The notes beneath the pieces are model-generated. The model had not been told where the DNA came from and did not search any database. It saw nothing but the letters and a program-made list of their open reading frames with translations. From Candidatus Dormiibacterota bacterium (GTDB lineage Bacteria > Chloroflexota > Dormibacteria > Aeolococcales > Aeolococcaceae): DNA of 29,985 nucleotides. This document shows, in pieces, positions 1-8,046 of this stretch. The DNA is taken from NCBI GenBank assembly GCA_027451645.1, contig DAIDIX010000002.1, forward strand, positions 1 to 29,985, read 5' to 3'. Every line of letters begins with the position of its first letter. Position 1 is the stretch's first letter. The position numbers and the translations under genes are program-made.

Positions 1-1
1 C

Positions 2-508
2 AAGACGACACCGACACCTCAGATACCAAAGCCGAGCTCTCATGTAGGTCCACTCGTAAATGCAACATACAGCAAAGCGTGCGGATCTGCGACAGTCCAG
101 ACTGGGGGGCCAACACCAACACCTGTGAGACTGAGTCCAGGACAGACTGTCCCGCCCTTCACTCAACCAACAGGACCAGTATCCGCTGCGGAAGCGACAT
201 CACTTGTGCATGAAATCCTCAATCAGCAAGCAAACATATCTGCAACGGGACTGATTCAGTGTCTTCCTCCCCAGGAAGTGGCAACGAGCGAGCTGAGCCA
301 GTTCCTGGCAGGTACGAAGAATCTTCCCAGCAGCGTTTGGGTTGTCATTATCCAAGGCAACTTCACAGTCTCGAATGTCTCTTCAAATGCCCCAAGTCAG
401 CCAACAAAATACATCGTGTACTTCATAAGCCCAGTACAGCCGATCCAGGTGTATTCATCCTTCATGTTCGCTTCTGGACCGCTTCCAAGTCCTCTGAACG
501 GACTGTAG
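2..508 (+). CDS. 5'-truncated hypothetical, probably exported, Pro/Thr-rich protein (C-terminal part)
   Basis: The frame of ORF 125..508 is open back to base 2 (KTTPTPQIPKPSS...GGPTPTPVRL), so the gene starts before the window. A PT-rich linker is followed by a globular end (VWVVIIQGNF...YIVYFI). Stop TAG at 506-508. Confidence 0.7.
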   Translation, partial: KTTPTPQIPKPSSHVGPLVNATYSKACGSATVQTGGPTPTPVRLSPGQTVPPFTQPTGPVSAAEATSLVHEILNQQANISATGLIQCLPPQEVATSELSQFLAGTKNLPSSVWVVIIQGNFTVSNVSSNAPSQPTKYIVYFISPVQPIQVYSSFMFASGPLPSPLNGL

Positions 509-552
509 AGATGTGACGTTGCAGCTGCACTGCATTAGGAACATTCACTGAG

Positions 553-561
553 TGTTATACC
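553..561 (+). promoter_or_regulatory. Possible extended -10 promoter (TGtTATACC)
   Basis: TGn+TATAcc 40 nt upstream of the ATG at 601, the same TGnTAT pattern seen before topA and rpsB. No convincing -35. Confidence 0.3.
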
Positions 562-600
562 AGTGGTGTTCACCCACGAATCCAGCAAGGAGTTGGAGCT

Positions 601-1467
601 ATGAGACGTGCATTTCAATTCCTTCTAGTCGCAGTGCTATCGAGCATAGCTGCCTGCTCTTCAGTCCAGAGTGGACATGGTTTGCAGACCCGGAGTTCCA
701 AGTCTGACGGGCAGAATGTACCGCAAGTGGAGCTTTCGGAACTCAGTCGTGTTGCCTCAGGATTTGCACGCCTTATGGTGAGCACATCATCATTTACAGG
801 CTCGTGGTCGCTCAGTTCCCGTACGACACCTTTCAGTGAAGCGGAGCGGGAGTCAGGGTTTTACGATTTCGCGACGAATGAAGGTACTTCCTCAAGTACC
901 CCTGCTGCTTTCGTTCTTGTATATCAGCTGGGGAGTGCCTACGTTGAATATGAGCCGGCTGGTGCGAGTTCTCGGATCTGGAAAGGTATGGTCCTGCAGG
1001 CAGCTCCTGCATCCGCAGTCACACTCAGCAGTTTCGAGTATGATGTGCTCACTGCAAATCCTGGCATCACTGCAGCGATCATAGACAACGGAATGTCCAA
1101 TATTGTGGACAAGGGCAGTATTGCTCTTGCTGGTCGACAAGTTGAACACTATGCTCTCACTGTCAATTTTGAGAGCGTGTTACAGCACAGTTCAAGTGAG
1201 GAGTCTCTTCTCGTCAATCAGGTTGCCCTAACAGCCATGCGGCATTCATCTGAGGTAACGAGCGATGTGTATTTGGATGCTTCCGGGGACGTAGTGCAGT
1301 GGTCCATTGACCTTCCCGGAACTGATCTTGGAACTTCAACTTTCACGATCAGTGGGCTCTACACTGGAACTGCGACAGTACATGAACCAGCTAGTGTGCA
1401 GTACCTGCAAGGCTATGCTCCTCCTACAGGAAGTGATTTGAAGCAGCATGATGGAGACGCATCATGA
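601..1467 (+). CDS. Lipoprotein, LppX/LprAFG-like (LolA-type fold, putative lipid carrier)
   Basis: GGAG SD. Signal peptide with lipobox IAA-C (MRRAFQFLLVAVLSSIAAC). Late-domain pattern (VEHYALTVNF...DVYLDASGDVVQWSIDL...TFTIS) resembles LppX/LprAFG proteins. Confidence 0.55.
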   Translation: MRRAFQFLLVAVLSSIAACSSVQSGHGLQTRSSKSDGQNVPQVELSELSRVASGFARLMVSTSSFTGSWSLSSRTTPFSEAERESGFYDFATNEGTSSSTPAAFVLVYQLGSAYVEYEPAGASSRIWKGMVLQAAPASAVTLSSFEYDVLTANPGITAAIIDNGMSNIVDKGSIALAGRQVEHYALTVNFESVLQHSSSEESLLVNQVALTAMRHSSEVTSDVYLDASGDVVQWSIDLPGTDLGTSTFTISGLYTGTATVHEPASVQYLQGYAPPTGSDLKQHDGDAS

Positions 1468-1630
1468 GCTGCACTGCATCTCACACGATGTGTCAAAGTT
1501 GTAACCGCCTTGCAATGATTGCCTTTGATTTTCCATGCAATGATGGTGTCATTCACTCGCAACATAGGCTGAAACAACAGTGAGTATCGTGAAGAACTAT
1601 ATAATGCTGCACTGGCTCGGGAGTACGACT

Positions 1631-2449
1631 GTGAGCAAAGCTAGACACCTTAGCAGATGTCGAACAAGAGCTCAGGTAATGCCGCTCTTTGCTTTGATGC
1701 TGCCAGTGATCATTGCGCTTCTTGGCTTGACCATGTCTGGCGAGATATACCTCAATGCACGGAGTCGTCTTGATGCAGCTACTGTTGTAGCTGCAATCGC
1801 TGCAAGCGGCGATGCGTGCATGGCTTCCCAGTACTCCTACGACGAGTATGAGTGTCAATATGGAACGTATCCAGGGACTGGAGGGTCGACGACCTCAATG
1901 TATGCTGCTGGACTTCCGCCTTATAGTGTTGGAATGGAATCTCCAAGCGGATCTGGCTTACTCACAACAACTCCATCGGCATCCCAAGTTACCGAAGAGC
2001 AGCAGCTGGCATCATACTCAGCTGACAGTTCCGTGCTCAACGTTCTTCAGCAGGCCTTTCCTGGCTATACGATCAATTCGGCTGCTGCACCAACAGTTGG
2101 CCAGCCGTGCCAGGGCACTGAGTCGGGGTCTGTACCCTATGCGCTCACTGCGTGCTCGAACTATGAACAGGGCTCTTCTCTTACAAACATTGAATTTCAG
2201 GTCAACGTGAGTTCAAGTTACATGCTGGATAGTGATGATTCATCCTCGGGTACATCAGATGATGCTTCTGGTGCAGATGGTGACGAATCTGGTGGTGCTC
2301 CATATGTGTGTCCAGCTACACAGCTGTTCGCACGTCAAGTCACTGTGAATGTGTGGATGCAGGCAACCCAGCCGTTTGGCGTATTCATCGGTGAATCACA
2401 GATTCTCATGCAGGCAACGCAGACAGCATATGGATGTCTTGGGAGCTGA
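1631..2449 (+). CDS. TadG-like (Tad domain) minor pilin, 6 Cys
   Basis: Class III-type N-terminus RA|QVMPLFALMLPVIIALLGL followed by ARSRLDAATVVAAIAAS, matching the Tad-domain helix (LQxAADAAALAAA). The GTG at 1631 has GGGAG 7 nt upstream (ORF track starts at 1580). C-terminal MQATQTAY strand is typical. Confidence 0.75.
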   Translation: MSKARHLSRCRTRAQVMPLFALMLPVIIALLGLTMSGEIYLNARSRLDAATVVAAIAASGDACMASQYSYDEYECQYGTYPGTGGSTTSMYAAGLPPYSVGMESPSGSGLLTTTPSASQVTEEQQLASYSADSSVLNVLQQAFPGYTINSAAAPTVGQPCQGTESGSVPYALTACSNYEQGSSLTNIEFQVNVSSSYMLDSDDSSSGTSDDASGADGDESGGAPYVCPATQLFARQVTVNVWMQATQPFGVFIGESQILMQATQTAYGCLGS

Positions 2450-2451
2450 GA

Positions 2452-3099
2452 ATGCAGATACTTCAACTGCCACATTCACCACGGACCCAATCTCGGCATC
2501 GCTCACGAGCGCAGTCAATGGTTGAGTTTACTTTCGTATTTCCCGTATTCATAGTTATCATCTTTGGCGGAGTGGTAGCTTTCCTGTGGCAACTCGATCT
2601 GAACAGTCTGAACTTTGCTGCACAGGAAGGTGTGCAGGTTGTAGGAATGCCCAGCAATGCCCTGGGTCTTGAATGCAGTGCTGGTCAGGTAGCGTACAAG
2701 GCAGCAGTATCCGAAAGCTTCTTGGGCACGACACCACTAGTCACAGGCAGTACTGGGGCACCCTGCACTGGCAGTGTTCCAAGCAGTCAACTCCCAGATC
2801 CACTCGCCTCCTGTCCTCCAGCAGAGCGTCCGAACAGTGGGCTAGGATACAGCGTAAGCACTCCACCAACGGAACAGCAAATGATGACGTATCTCAACCG
2901 TCTCATTACGTCTTCGACATCAAATGTACTTCTTGTGTGTGCGACAGCGAACACGAATGGCGGTGCAGCGACCTCTCCAGTTGTTCTCACGATAACAATT
3001 GCGGGGTACAAGCCACTTATTGCGCCAGCACCAATACTTGGCAACCGTCTGCCAGTGTATGCGCAGGATACATATACGATTCAGGAGTTTGAGCAATGA
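2452..3099 (+). CDS. TadE/TadF-family minor pilin, 4 Cys
   Basis: SRA|QSMVEFTFVFPVFIVIIFGG is a TadE prepilin motif with Glu at +5. ATG 2452 follows GGAG, 2 nt after the upstream stop. Confidence 0.8.
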   Translation: MQILQLPHSPRTQSRHRSRAQSMVEFTFVFPVFIVIIFGGVVAFLWQLDLNSLNFAAQEGVQVVGMPSNALGLECSAGQVAYKAAVSESFLGTTPLVTGSTGAPCTGSVPSSQLPDPLASCPPAERPNSGLGYSVSTPPTEQQMMTYLNRLITSSTSNVLLVCATANTNGGAATSPVVLTITIAGYKPLIAPAPILGNRLPVYAQDTYTIQEFEQ

Positions 3100-3689
3100 A
3101 GGGCTTCCGCGCATTGCGCAGACAGAGACGTAGCCATGCAACAGGCCAAACAATGGTTGAGTTTGCAGTGCTGCTTCCAGTGATGCTTACTGTCTTTCTT
3201 GGAGCCATCGCTATTGATTCATATATCCAGGCACAGAGCCTGCTGCAGCAGGCAACGACTGAATCAGCCTTGACGATTGCGCGCAACTCCAATGATTCAT
3301 GCTCGAACGGGGATATTGGATATTCCCAGGCAATCAGCTCATTCGATTCCGCGCTAAAGTCCCCACTCTTCAGTACTCTTCCATCACCGACTATCACCTG
3401 TGTGTCAGCTACTTCTCCACAGTCGAAATGCATAGTGACTACGGGAAGCAATTCTTGCACCAATGTTCCGGCCCTCTGCGTTGACGGTTACGGTGGAGCA
3501 GGAAGTGATGGGGGCTGCTTTGGGATCTGGAGGGGAGGTGTCGTTGGCGTGGATGCTCAGGCAAATGTCACCTTGCCATGGATTCCTCTATGGAACCATG
3601 CAACTGTACAGGCTACTGCTGCAGAAGCTCTTGAGCCATTCAGGAGCCATGTATGTCCGACATCAGCAGTTCCCATAGATTACTGCTGA
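3096..3689 (+). CDS. TadE/TadF-family minor pilin, 8 Cys
   Basis: TG|QTMVEFAVLLPVMLTVFLGAI...LLQQATTESA is a TadE motif with Glu+5. ATGA overlap with the upstream gene. C-terminal VTLPWIP...ATVQATAAEALEPFRS resembles TadE ends. Confidence 0.85.
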   Translation: MKGFRALRRQRRSHATGQTMVEFAVLLPVMLTVFLGAIAIDSYIQAQSLLQQATTESALTIARNSNDSCSNGDIGYSQAISSFDSALKSPLFSTLPSPTITCVSATSPQSKCIVTTGSNSCTNVPALCVDGYGGAGSDGGCFGIWRGGVVGVDAQANVTLPWIPLWNHATVQATAAEALEPFRSHVCPTSAVPIDYC

Positions 3690-3861
3690 ATTGAAGATGT
3701 GAGGAGCTGCCCGCTCTGGGAAGCGTGCAAACTAGCCCGTCACCAGAATGAAGTCTTCCGTCACTGCACTGTGACAGGTACGCCACTAAGCTGTGCACGA
3801 TGTTAACAATAATGAAAGGTATTGAAATGGCCTTCACATACGGTATTGGGGGTAACAACAG

Positions 3862-5850
3862 ATGACTCGATGGTATAGATGGAACCCCGAAGCACGGATG
3901 CATGTTGCTCGCATGACCGTACGGTGGGTCGTTGTAATGGGTGCGTTTGCACTAACTGCCCTTGCCAACTACCAAACTGTGGCAGCGAGCTCGCCTCCCC
4001 CAGTATCCACACTCAACTGCTATCTGGTAGGGCAGCAGCAATCGTGTCCATCTGCGAGCGATGCGACCCTTCAGGCTGCTCCAACGCCAGGTGTAGTGAA
4101 CTATCCAGAGCATTTCACAGCAACTGTGGATGCATGCGTTTACACTGAGCCTCCAGTCAATGGCAATAACCAGATTGCCCTCACAACGTGTACGAACCCT
4201 GGTGCAAATCCACCAACGAATGGAACAAATGCACTCATCAAGTGGATTCCGCAGACAGTGGTCGTGGAGTTTTACTACGGAAGCAACAATCCGGATCAGG
4301 TCTGCCAGTATGTCTCTACAAGTACTGCTGATCAGACCATCAATCTTCCATATGATCCCACGACAAGTCCAGCAAACGGTACCAAACAGCCATGTATCAA
4401 GTACACGTCTCTAGGATCCTACTCGGGAACGCCCCCAGTGTATACATTCACTTCAATCCACCAGTATGCCACTGCGAGCACGTATCAACCCGCAGTCGTA
4501 GTTGAGTGGAATGGAGCACAGCCATATACAACGTATGTTGCACAGACGTATTCCGTGCACTACGACTGCGGCAATCCAGCATCCGTTCTTGCAGGCAACC
4601 TTGTGAACTGCAACCAGTATCAAGCGCAGTATACTACCCAGCAGCCCCAGGGCTGGTGGGCAGGGAACACAAACGACCAGACCCAGTATTTCACGCAGTA
4701 CTATGTCGGAAACAGCTCTCAGGCATACACATCAGAGAATGTGTACGCTGCAGGATGGTTTCCTGCACTGAGCTCTGGACAGAGCACGTGGGCAGGATGC
4801 TGTGGCTATGACGGCTACTATGGATCTGCCTATGATGAGTTCAATGGCTGCAACAACGTTGGCGTGAGCTGGAACTGGGAAACCTGGGCTGGCACATATG
4901 TGTGGCCGGACTACAACTCCTGGTCAGGCTGCATAGGCATTGACAATGATGATGCATATACCACCGGATACTCCTCACTGACCCAGGCATATGGAGGTGG
5001 AGTCACCACATTCCCTAGTGGGATTTGGTATCCGTATCTCACAAGCTCCCCGGTAACCAGGTATGTCGACCAGCAGTACGTTGCATCCTACACAGCGAGC
5101 TATCACACTTCGCAGTACTACTGGCAGTTAGTGTACGAGTATGTGCCAGTGCAGAATGTGTATTACTACTACCAGATCAACACTGCACCGAACAACTCCG
5201 TCCAGACCACAACTGTAGTGGATACCTGCGCACAGGCAGGAGGATGTCAGTACAACTACAACGTTCCGCCACCATACTTTCAGTACTACACAATCAATGA
5301 CACGTTGAGCCAGCCTGTATTCCAGACGTCAAGCAGCTGGTCACAAGACCCGGCGTGGAAGACTGACTATACCCAGTGGCTAAGTTATGCAGTTGGGTCA
5401 TATACCGACTACTGGTACTCATACAACTGGGCATATCAGGCCTATCCCACAGGATGGAACAGCCGGTCAATCTACGCCTGCAGCTTCACTGGATGGACAA
5501 ACCTCGATCTTGATGGTGACAGTGACATGGGATATTCGTGGAACAACAACTGCTGGTACCAACAGCCCCTTGGATGGGAAAGCTATGCAGGCTATCCCGC
5601 GTACATCTTCGCAACACCTCACGGATATACCAACTACTATGGATACTGGAACGTCAACACCTGGTGGTACGGATATGTCGGCTGGAACTGGCAGCTCCAT
5701 TACTACACGACAGTCAGCTACACCAATGTCACATATCAGGAGCTCGATGGAGCATGGCATGACTGGCCATGGACAACTGTCTCAGTCTCATACAACGCAG
5801 TGAACCCTGTCACACTCCAGGTGAAGCAGATTGAGGGCAGCAAGTCCTAG
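3862..5850 (+). CDS. Large secreted Tyr/Trp/Cys-rich protein with an apparently split PKD/Ig-like domain; candidate pilus-associated adhesin
   Basis: Sec-type signal (RWVVVMGAFALTALA...VAA|SS). Manual count is about 78 Tyr, 34 Trp and 16 Cys in 662 aa, with very few Lys/Arg in the mature part. PKD-like motifs at aa 74-216 and a terminal strand VTLQVKQIEG. Confidence 0.8.
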   Translation: MTRWYRWNPEARMHVARMTVRWVVVMGAFALTALANYQTVAASSPPPVSTLNCYLVGQQQSCPSASDATLQAAPTPGVVNYPEHFTATVDACVYTEPPVNGNNQIALTTCTNPGANPPTNGTNALIKWIPQTVVVEFYYGSNNPDQVCQYVSTSTADQTINLPYDPTTSPANGTKQPCIKYTSLGSYSGTPPVYTFTSIHQYATASTYQPAVVVEWNGAQPYTTYVAQTYSVHYDCGNPASVLAGNLVNCNQYQAQYTTQQPQGWWAGNTNDQTQYFTQYYVGNSSQAYTSENVYAAGWFPALSSGQSTWAGCCGYDGYYGSAYDEFNGCNNVGVSWNWETWAGTYVWPDYNSWSGCIGIDNDDAYTTGYSSLTQAYGGGVTTFPSGIWYPYLTSSPVTRYVDQQYVASYTASYHTSQYYWQLVYEYVPVQNVYYYYQINTAPNNSVQTTTVVDTCAQAGGCQYNYNVPPPYFQYYTINDTLSQPVFQTSSSWSQDPAWKTDYTQWLSYAVGSYTDYWYSYNWAYQAYPTGWNSRSIYACSFTGWTNLDLDGDSDMGYSWNNNCWYQQPLGWESYAGYPAYIFATPHGYTNYYGYWNVNTWWYGYVGWNWQLHYYTTVSYTNVTYQELDGAWHDWPWTTVSVSYNAVNPVTLQVKQIEGSKS

Positions 5851-5881
5851 TCGGGAGGCCACGATCCAATATCGTCCTGAA

Positions 5882-5913
5882 GAAGGAGGAAAGCCGAAAG
5901 GCTTTCCTCCTTC
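5882..5913. terminator. 14-bp perfect hairpin with GAAA tetraloop, probable terminator or processing stem (no U-tract)
   Basis: GAAGGAGGAAAGCC-GAAA-GGCTTTCCTCCTTC, 31 nt after the stop at 5850. Confidence 0.6.
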
Positions 5914-6039
5914 ACTATGGATGTATCCTGGGAAACTGTCACAAGGATGCGACTGCTACTGTGTATGCAGGAGCGAAATCCAGAGTATGATGACCATGAA
6001 AATGTGCAATGTACATTGTCCAGCCGGGCAGGAGGATTC

Positions 6040-7398
6040 ATGAAGTTCCCTCAAACAAGACACTTTGCCGTGGCAGCAGGAGTAGTGCTTGCAGCAGGAC
6101 TGCTTATGCAGGGCAGCGCGGTTCTTGCAGCCAGCTCGGGATGGACCAAATATGACCTGCCCAGGCCTTCAAGTGTTCCAGCTAGCTATGTATTCAGTGA
6201 AAATATTACCCGCATTGATTCTCTGCCTGGCAGTGGAGGAATCATAGTAGCAGGTTCAGCAGTTGGGCATGCCCCAAATGCGTCAGGCGGCCAGATATTG
6301 CCATTTGTCCAGATTGAATCCGGAGGCACTGTGCATGACATTTCGCCATCATTTCCTGGCACAAGCACAGTCGTAACATCTGTGAGTGGACTGGCACCGA
6401 ATGACATCTGGATTGTTGGCTCCTCCCAGCCAGGCAACAAGTACTCTGATGAGGTCCCATCGTACGCATTCGCAGACCACTGGAATGGAAGCAATTGGCA
6501 GCTTTCCGCGCTGCCCCAGGTGGCAAAAACTGTTCCTGGCTCACTGTACAGTGTTTCGGAGGATGCGCCAAATGATGTCTGGACAGTAGGATTCAGTGGA
6601 GCAAAGGGGGCTCCCACCAATTTCCTGTTCCATTGGAATGGTTCAGCATGGACAGCTCTCCAGGAGCCAACGGCCAACTCGTATCTGCAGGCTGTTCAGG
6701 CATTTAGTCCCCTAAACGTTGTATTCCTTGTGGGAAGCACAGTTCGCAAGGCGCCTGTCATGCAGGTGTGGAATGGGTCTTCCTTCATCAACAATGCGAT
6801 GCCTTTCCAGAATAGTGGAGCAATAGCAAGTCCAACATTTCTTTCAGGCAGTTCAGTCACAAACTTGTGGATTGCGGTGCAGGTCAACTCGCCAGCTGGA
6901 CAGCAGACTGGAATATATCACTGGAATGGCACAGGGTTTTCTGCTCTGCCAGATATGAAGTCCGTTTCAGGAGGAAACTTCTCAGTGACATCCGTTGGTG
7001 CTGTTGCGAGTGACAATCTGTGGGTGACTGGTGTTACTTCGACAGGAAGGCAGGGCAAGACGCTCATTCCTACTCCATTCATTGAGCATTTCAACGGATC
7101 ATCATGGTCTGTAGTGCAAATAACGCTCAATGGCAAGAAGACAAGTGGCGAGATTGCTGATGTGACACCTGTCAGCCAGGACACCGTTGCCTTTGCGGGA
7201 ATAACCACACCCGAGAATGGATTCATTCTTCTTCATTCGGGAACTACTGTGGCGCCACTTGATCTTGGGAAGACAGGTGCCTCAGGTTTTCCCCTGTGGC
7301 TTGTGGTGACGATTGTCGTGGTTGTTGTTCTTGCAGCAGGGGTGATAGTGACCGTAATGCAGAGACGAAAGGTAAAGAAGGGCCAGGCCAATGCGTAG
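6040..7398 (+). CDS. Secreted beta-propeller-like repeat protein (five (N/D)xWxVG...HWNGxxW repeats) with C-terminal membrane anchor
   Basis: GGAGG SD before ATG 6040 (ORF track start 5917 is upstream of it). Signal peptide MKFPQTRHFAVAAGVVLAAGLLMQGSAVLA. Repeats NDIWIVG..DHWNGSNW, NDVWTVG..FHWNGSAW, LNVVFLVG..QVWNGSSF, TNLWIAV..YHWNGTGF, DNLWVTG..EHFNGSSW. LGKTG, then a TM segment, then RRKVKK. Confidence 0.8.
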   Translation: MKFPQTRHFAVAAGVVLAAGLLMQGSAVLAASSGWTKYDLPRPSSVPASYVFSENITRIDSLPGSGGIIVAGSAVGHAPNASGGQILPFVQIESGGTVHDISPSFPGTSTVVTSVSGLAPNDIWIVGSSQPGNKYSDEVPSYAFADHWNGSNWQLSALPQVAKTVPGSLYSVSEDAPNDVWTVGFSGAKGAPTNFLFHWNGSAWTALQEPTANSYLQAVQAFSPLNVVFLVGSTVRKAPVMQVWNGSSFINNAMPFQNSGAIASPTFLSGSSVTNLWIAVQVNSPAGQQTGIYHWNGTGFSALPDMKSVSGGNFSVTSVGAVASDNLWVTGVTSTGRQGKTLIPTPFIEHFNGSSWSVVQITLNGKKTSGEIADVTPVSQDTVAFAGITTPENGFILLHSGTTVAPLDLGKTGASGFPLWLVVTIVVVVVLAAGVIVTVMQRRKVKKGQANA

Positions 7399-7978
7399 AC
7401 GCGCACTGTTTCTGTCAATGCTCAATGTATGCGCATTGGCGTGCATCGCAGCAGTTGTTGCTGCCTGTGGTAGTTCCTCAGCTCCTCAAGCTTCACCTGT
7501 GTACGTGAAGTATTCTGGGACGGGAATCGAACACACCATCAGCATTGCAGAGGGCGGCAATGGCAATGTTGCACATGTCAATGTCGACCTTGTCAACGTA
7601 GTGGATCCTATTGCAGGGAGTGTGGCGCCAAAGGGAGATAGAGCAATTGCCTTTGAGCTTGGGTTCACCTACAAGGGCATGTCTTCCTTCCAAGTGGGAT
7701 CTGATGCAACCATCACCCTCAATGCAGGCTTTGGTGCATCAGTGATGGACTCCGATGGTGTTCAGTATCTTCCAGCCTCGATCCAGCCATCTGCGACATA
7801 CCATGGTGTGAGTCCGTTTGTAACGGCACATACACTGCACACGGGAAATATACTGCCCCTAAACACGATGAAGCGTGGCCTTATCATCTTCTATGTGCCA
7901 GCAAATGCTGCAGTAGTGAGCCTCACATACCAGCCGATGAACATGACTTCGCAGCCACTTACGTGGAACTTCGGATAG
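7391..7978 (+). CDS. Lipoprotein, DUF4352-like Ig fold
   Basis: Lipobox VAA-C-GSSS. PKGDRAIAFEL and RGLIIFYVPANAAVVSLTYQP resemble DUF4352. Overlaps the upstream stop. Confidence 0.6.
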   Translation: MRRRALFLSMLNVCALACIAAVVAACGSSSAPQASPVYVKYSGTGIEHTISIAEGGNGNVAHVNVDLVNVVDPIAGSVAPKGDRAIAFELGFTYKGMSSFQVGSDATITLNAGFGASVMDSDGVQYLPASIQPSATYHGVSPFVTAHTLHTGNILPLNTMKRGLIIFYVPANAAVVSLTYQPMNMTSQPLTWNFG

Positions 7979-8046
7979 GACAGGCAATCCCGAAGCGTTG
8001 TTTCATCGATGGTTCAGCACGAGAATCTCACTCGTTATGAGCCGTA

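Noticed and set aside
1631-3689. Conductive (e-pilus) interpretation of the pilins
   Set aside because: The pilins are Tad minor pilins without the aromatic pattern of Geobacter-type PilA, and no cytochromes (CxxCH) are encoded. The aromatic richness is confined to the 662-aa protein, and conductivity there is only speculation.
1480-5945. CRP/GlxR sites suggested by scattered TGTGA/TCACA half-sites
   Set aside because: None has the TGTGA-N6-TCACA orientation and spacing.
5917-6039. 41-aa N-terminal extension of the propeller protein given by the ORF track
   Set aside because: A strong GGAGG SD and a clean signal peptide start at ATG 6040. Similar over-extended starts were trimmed for the ORFs at 1580, 2434, 8736, 9660, 12996, 13567 and 15743.
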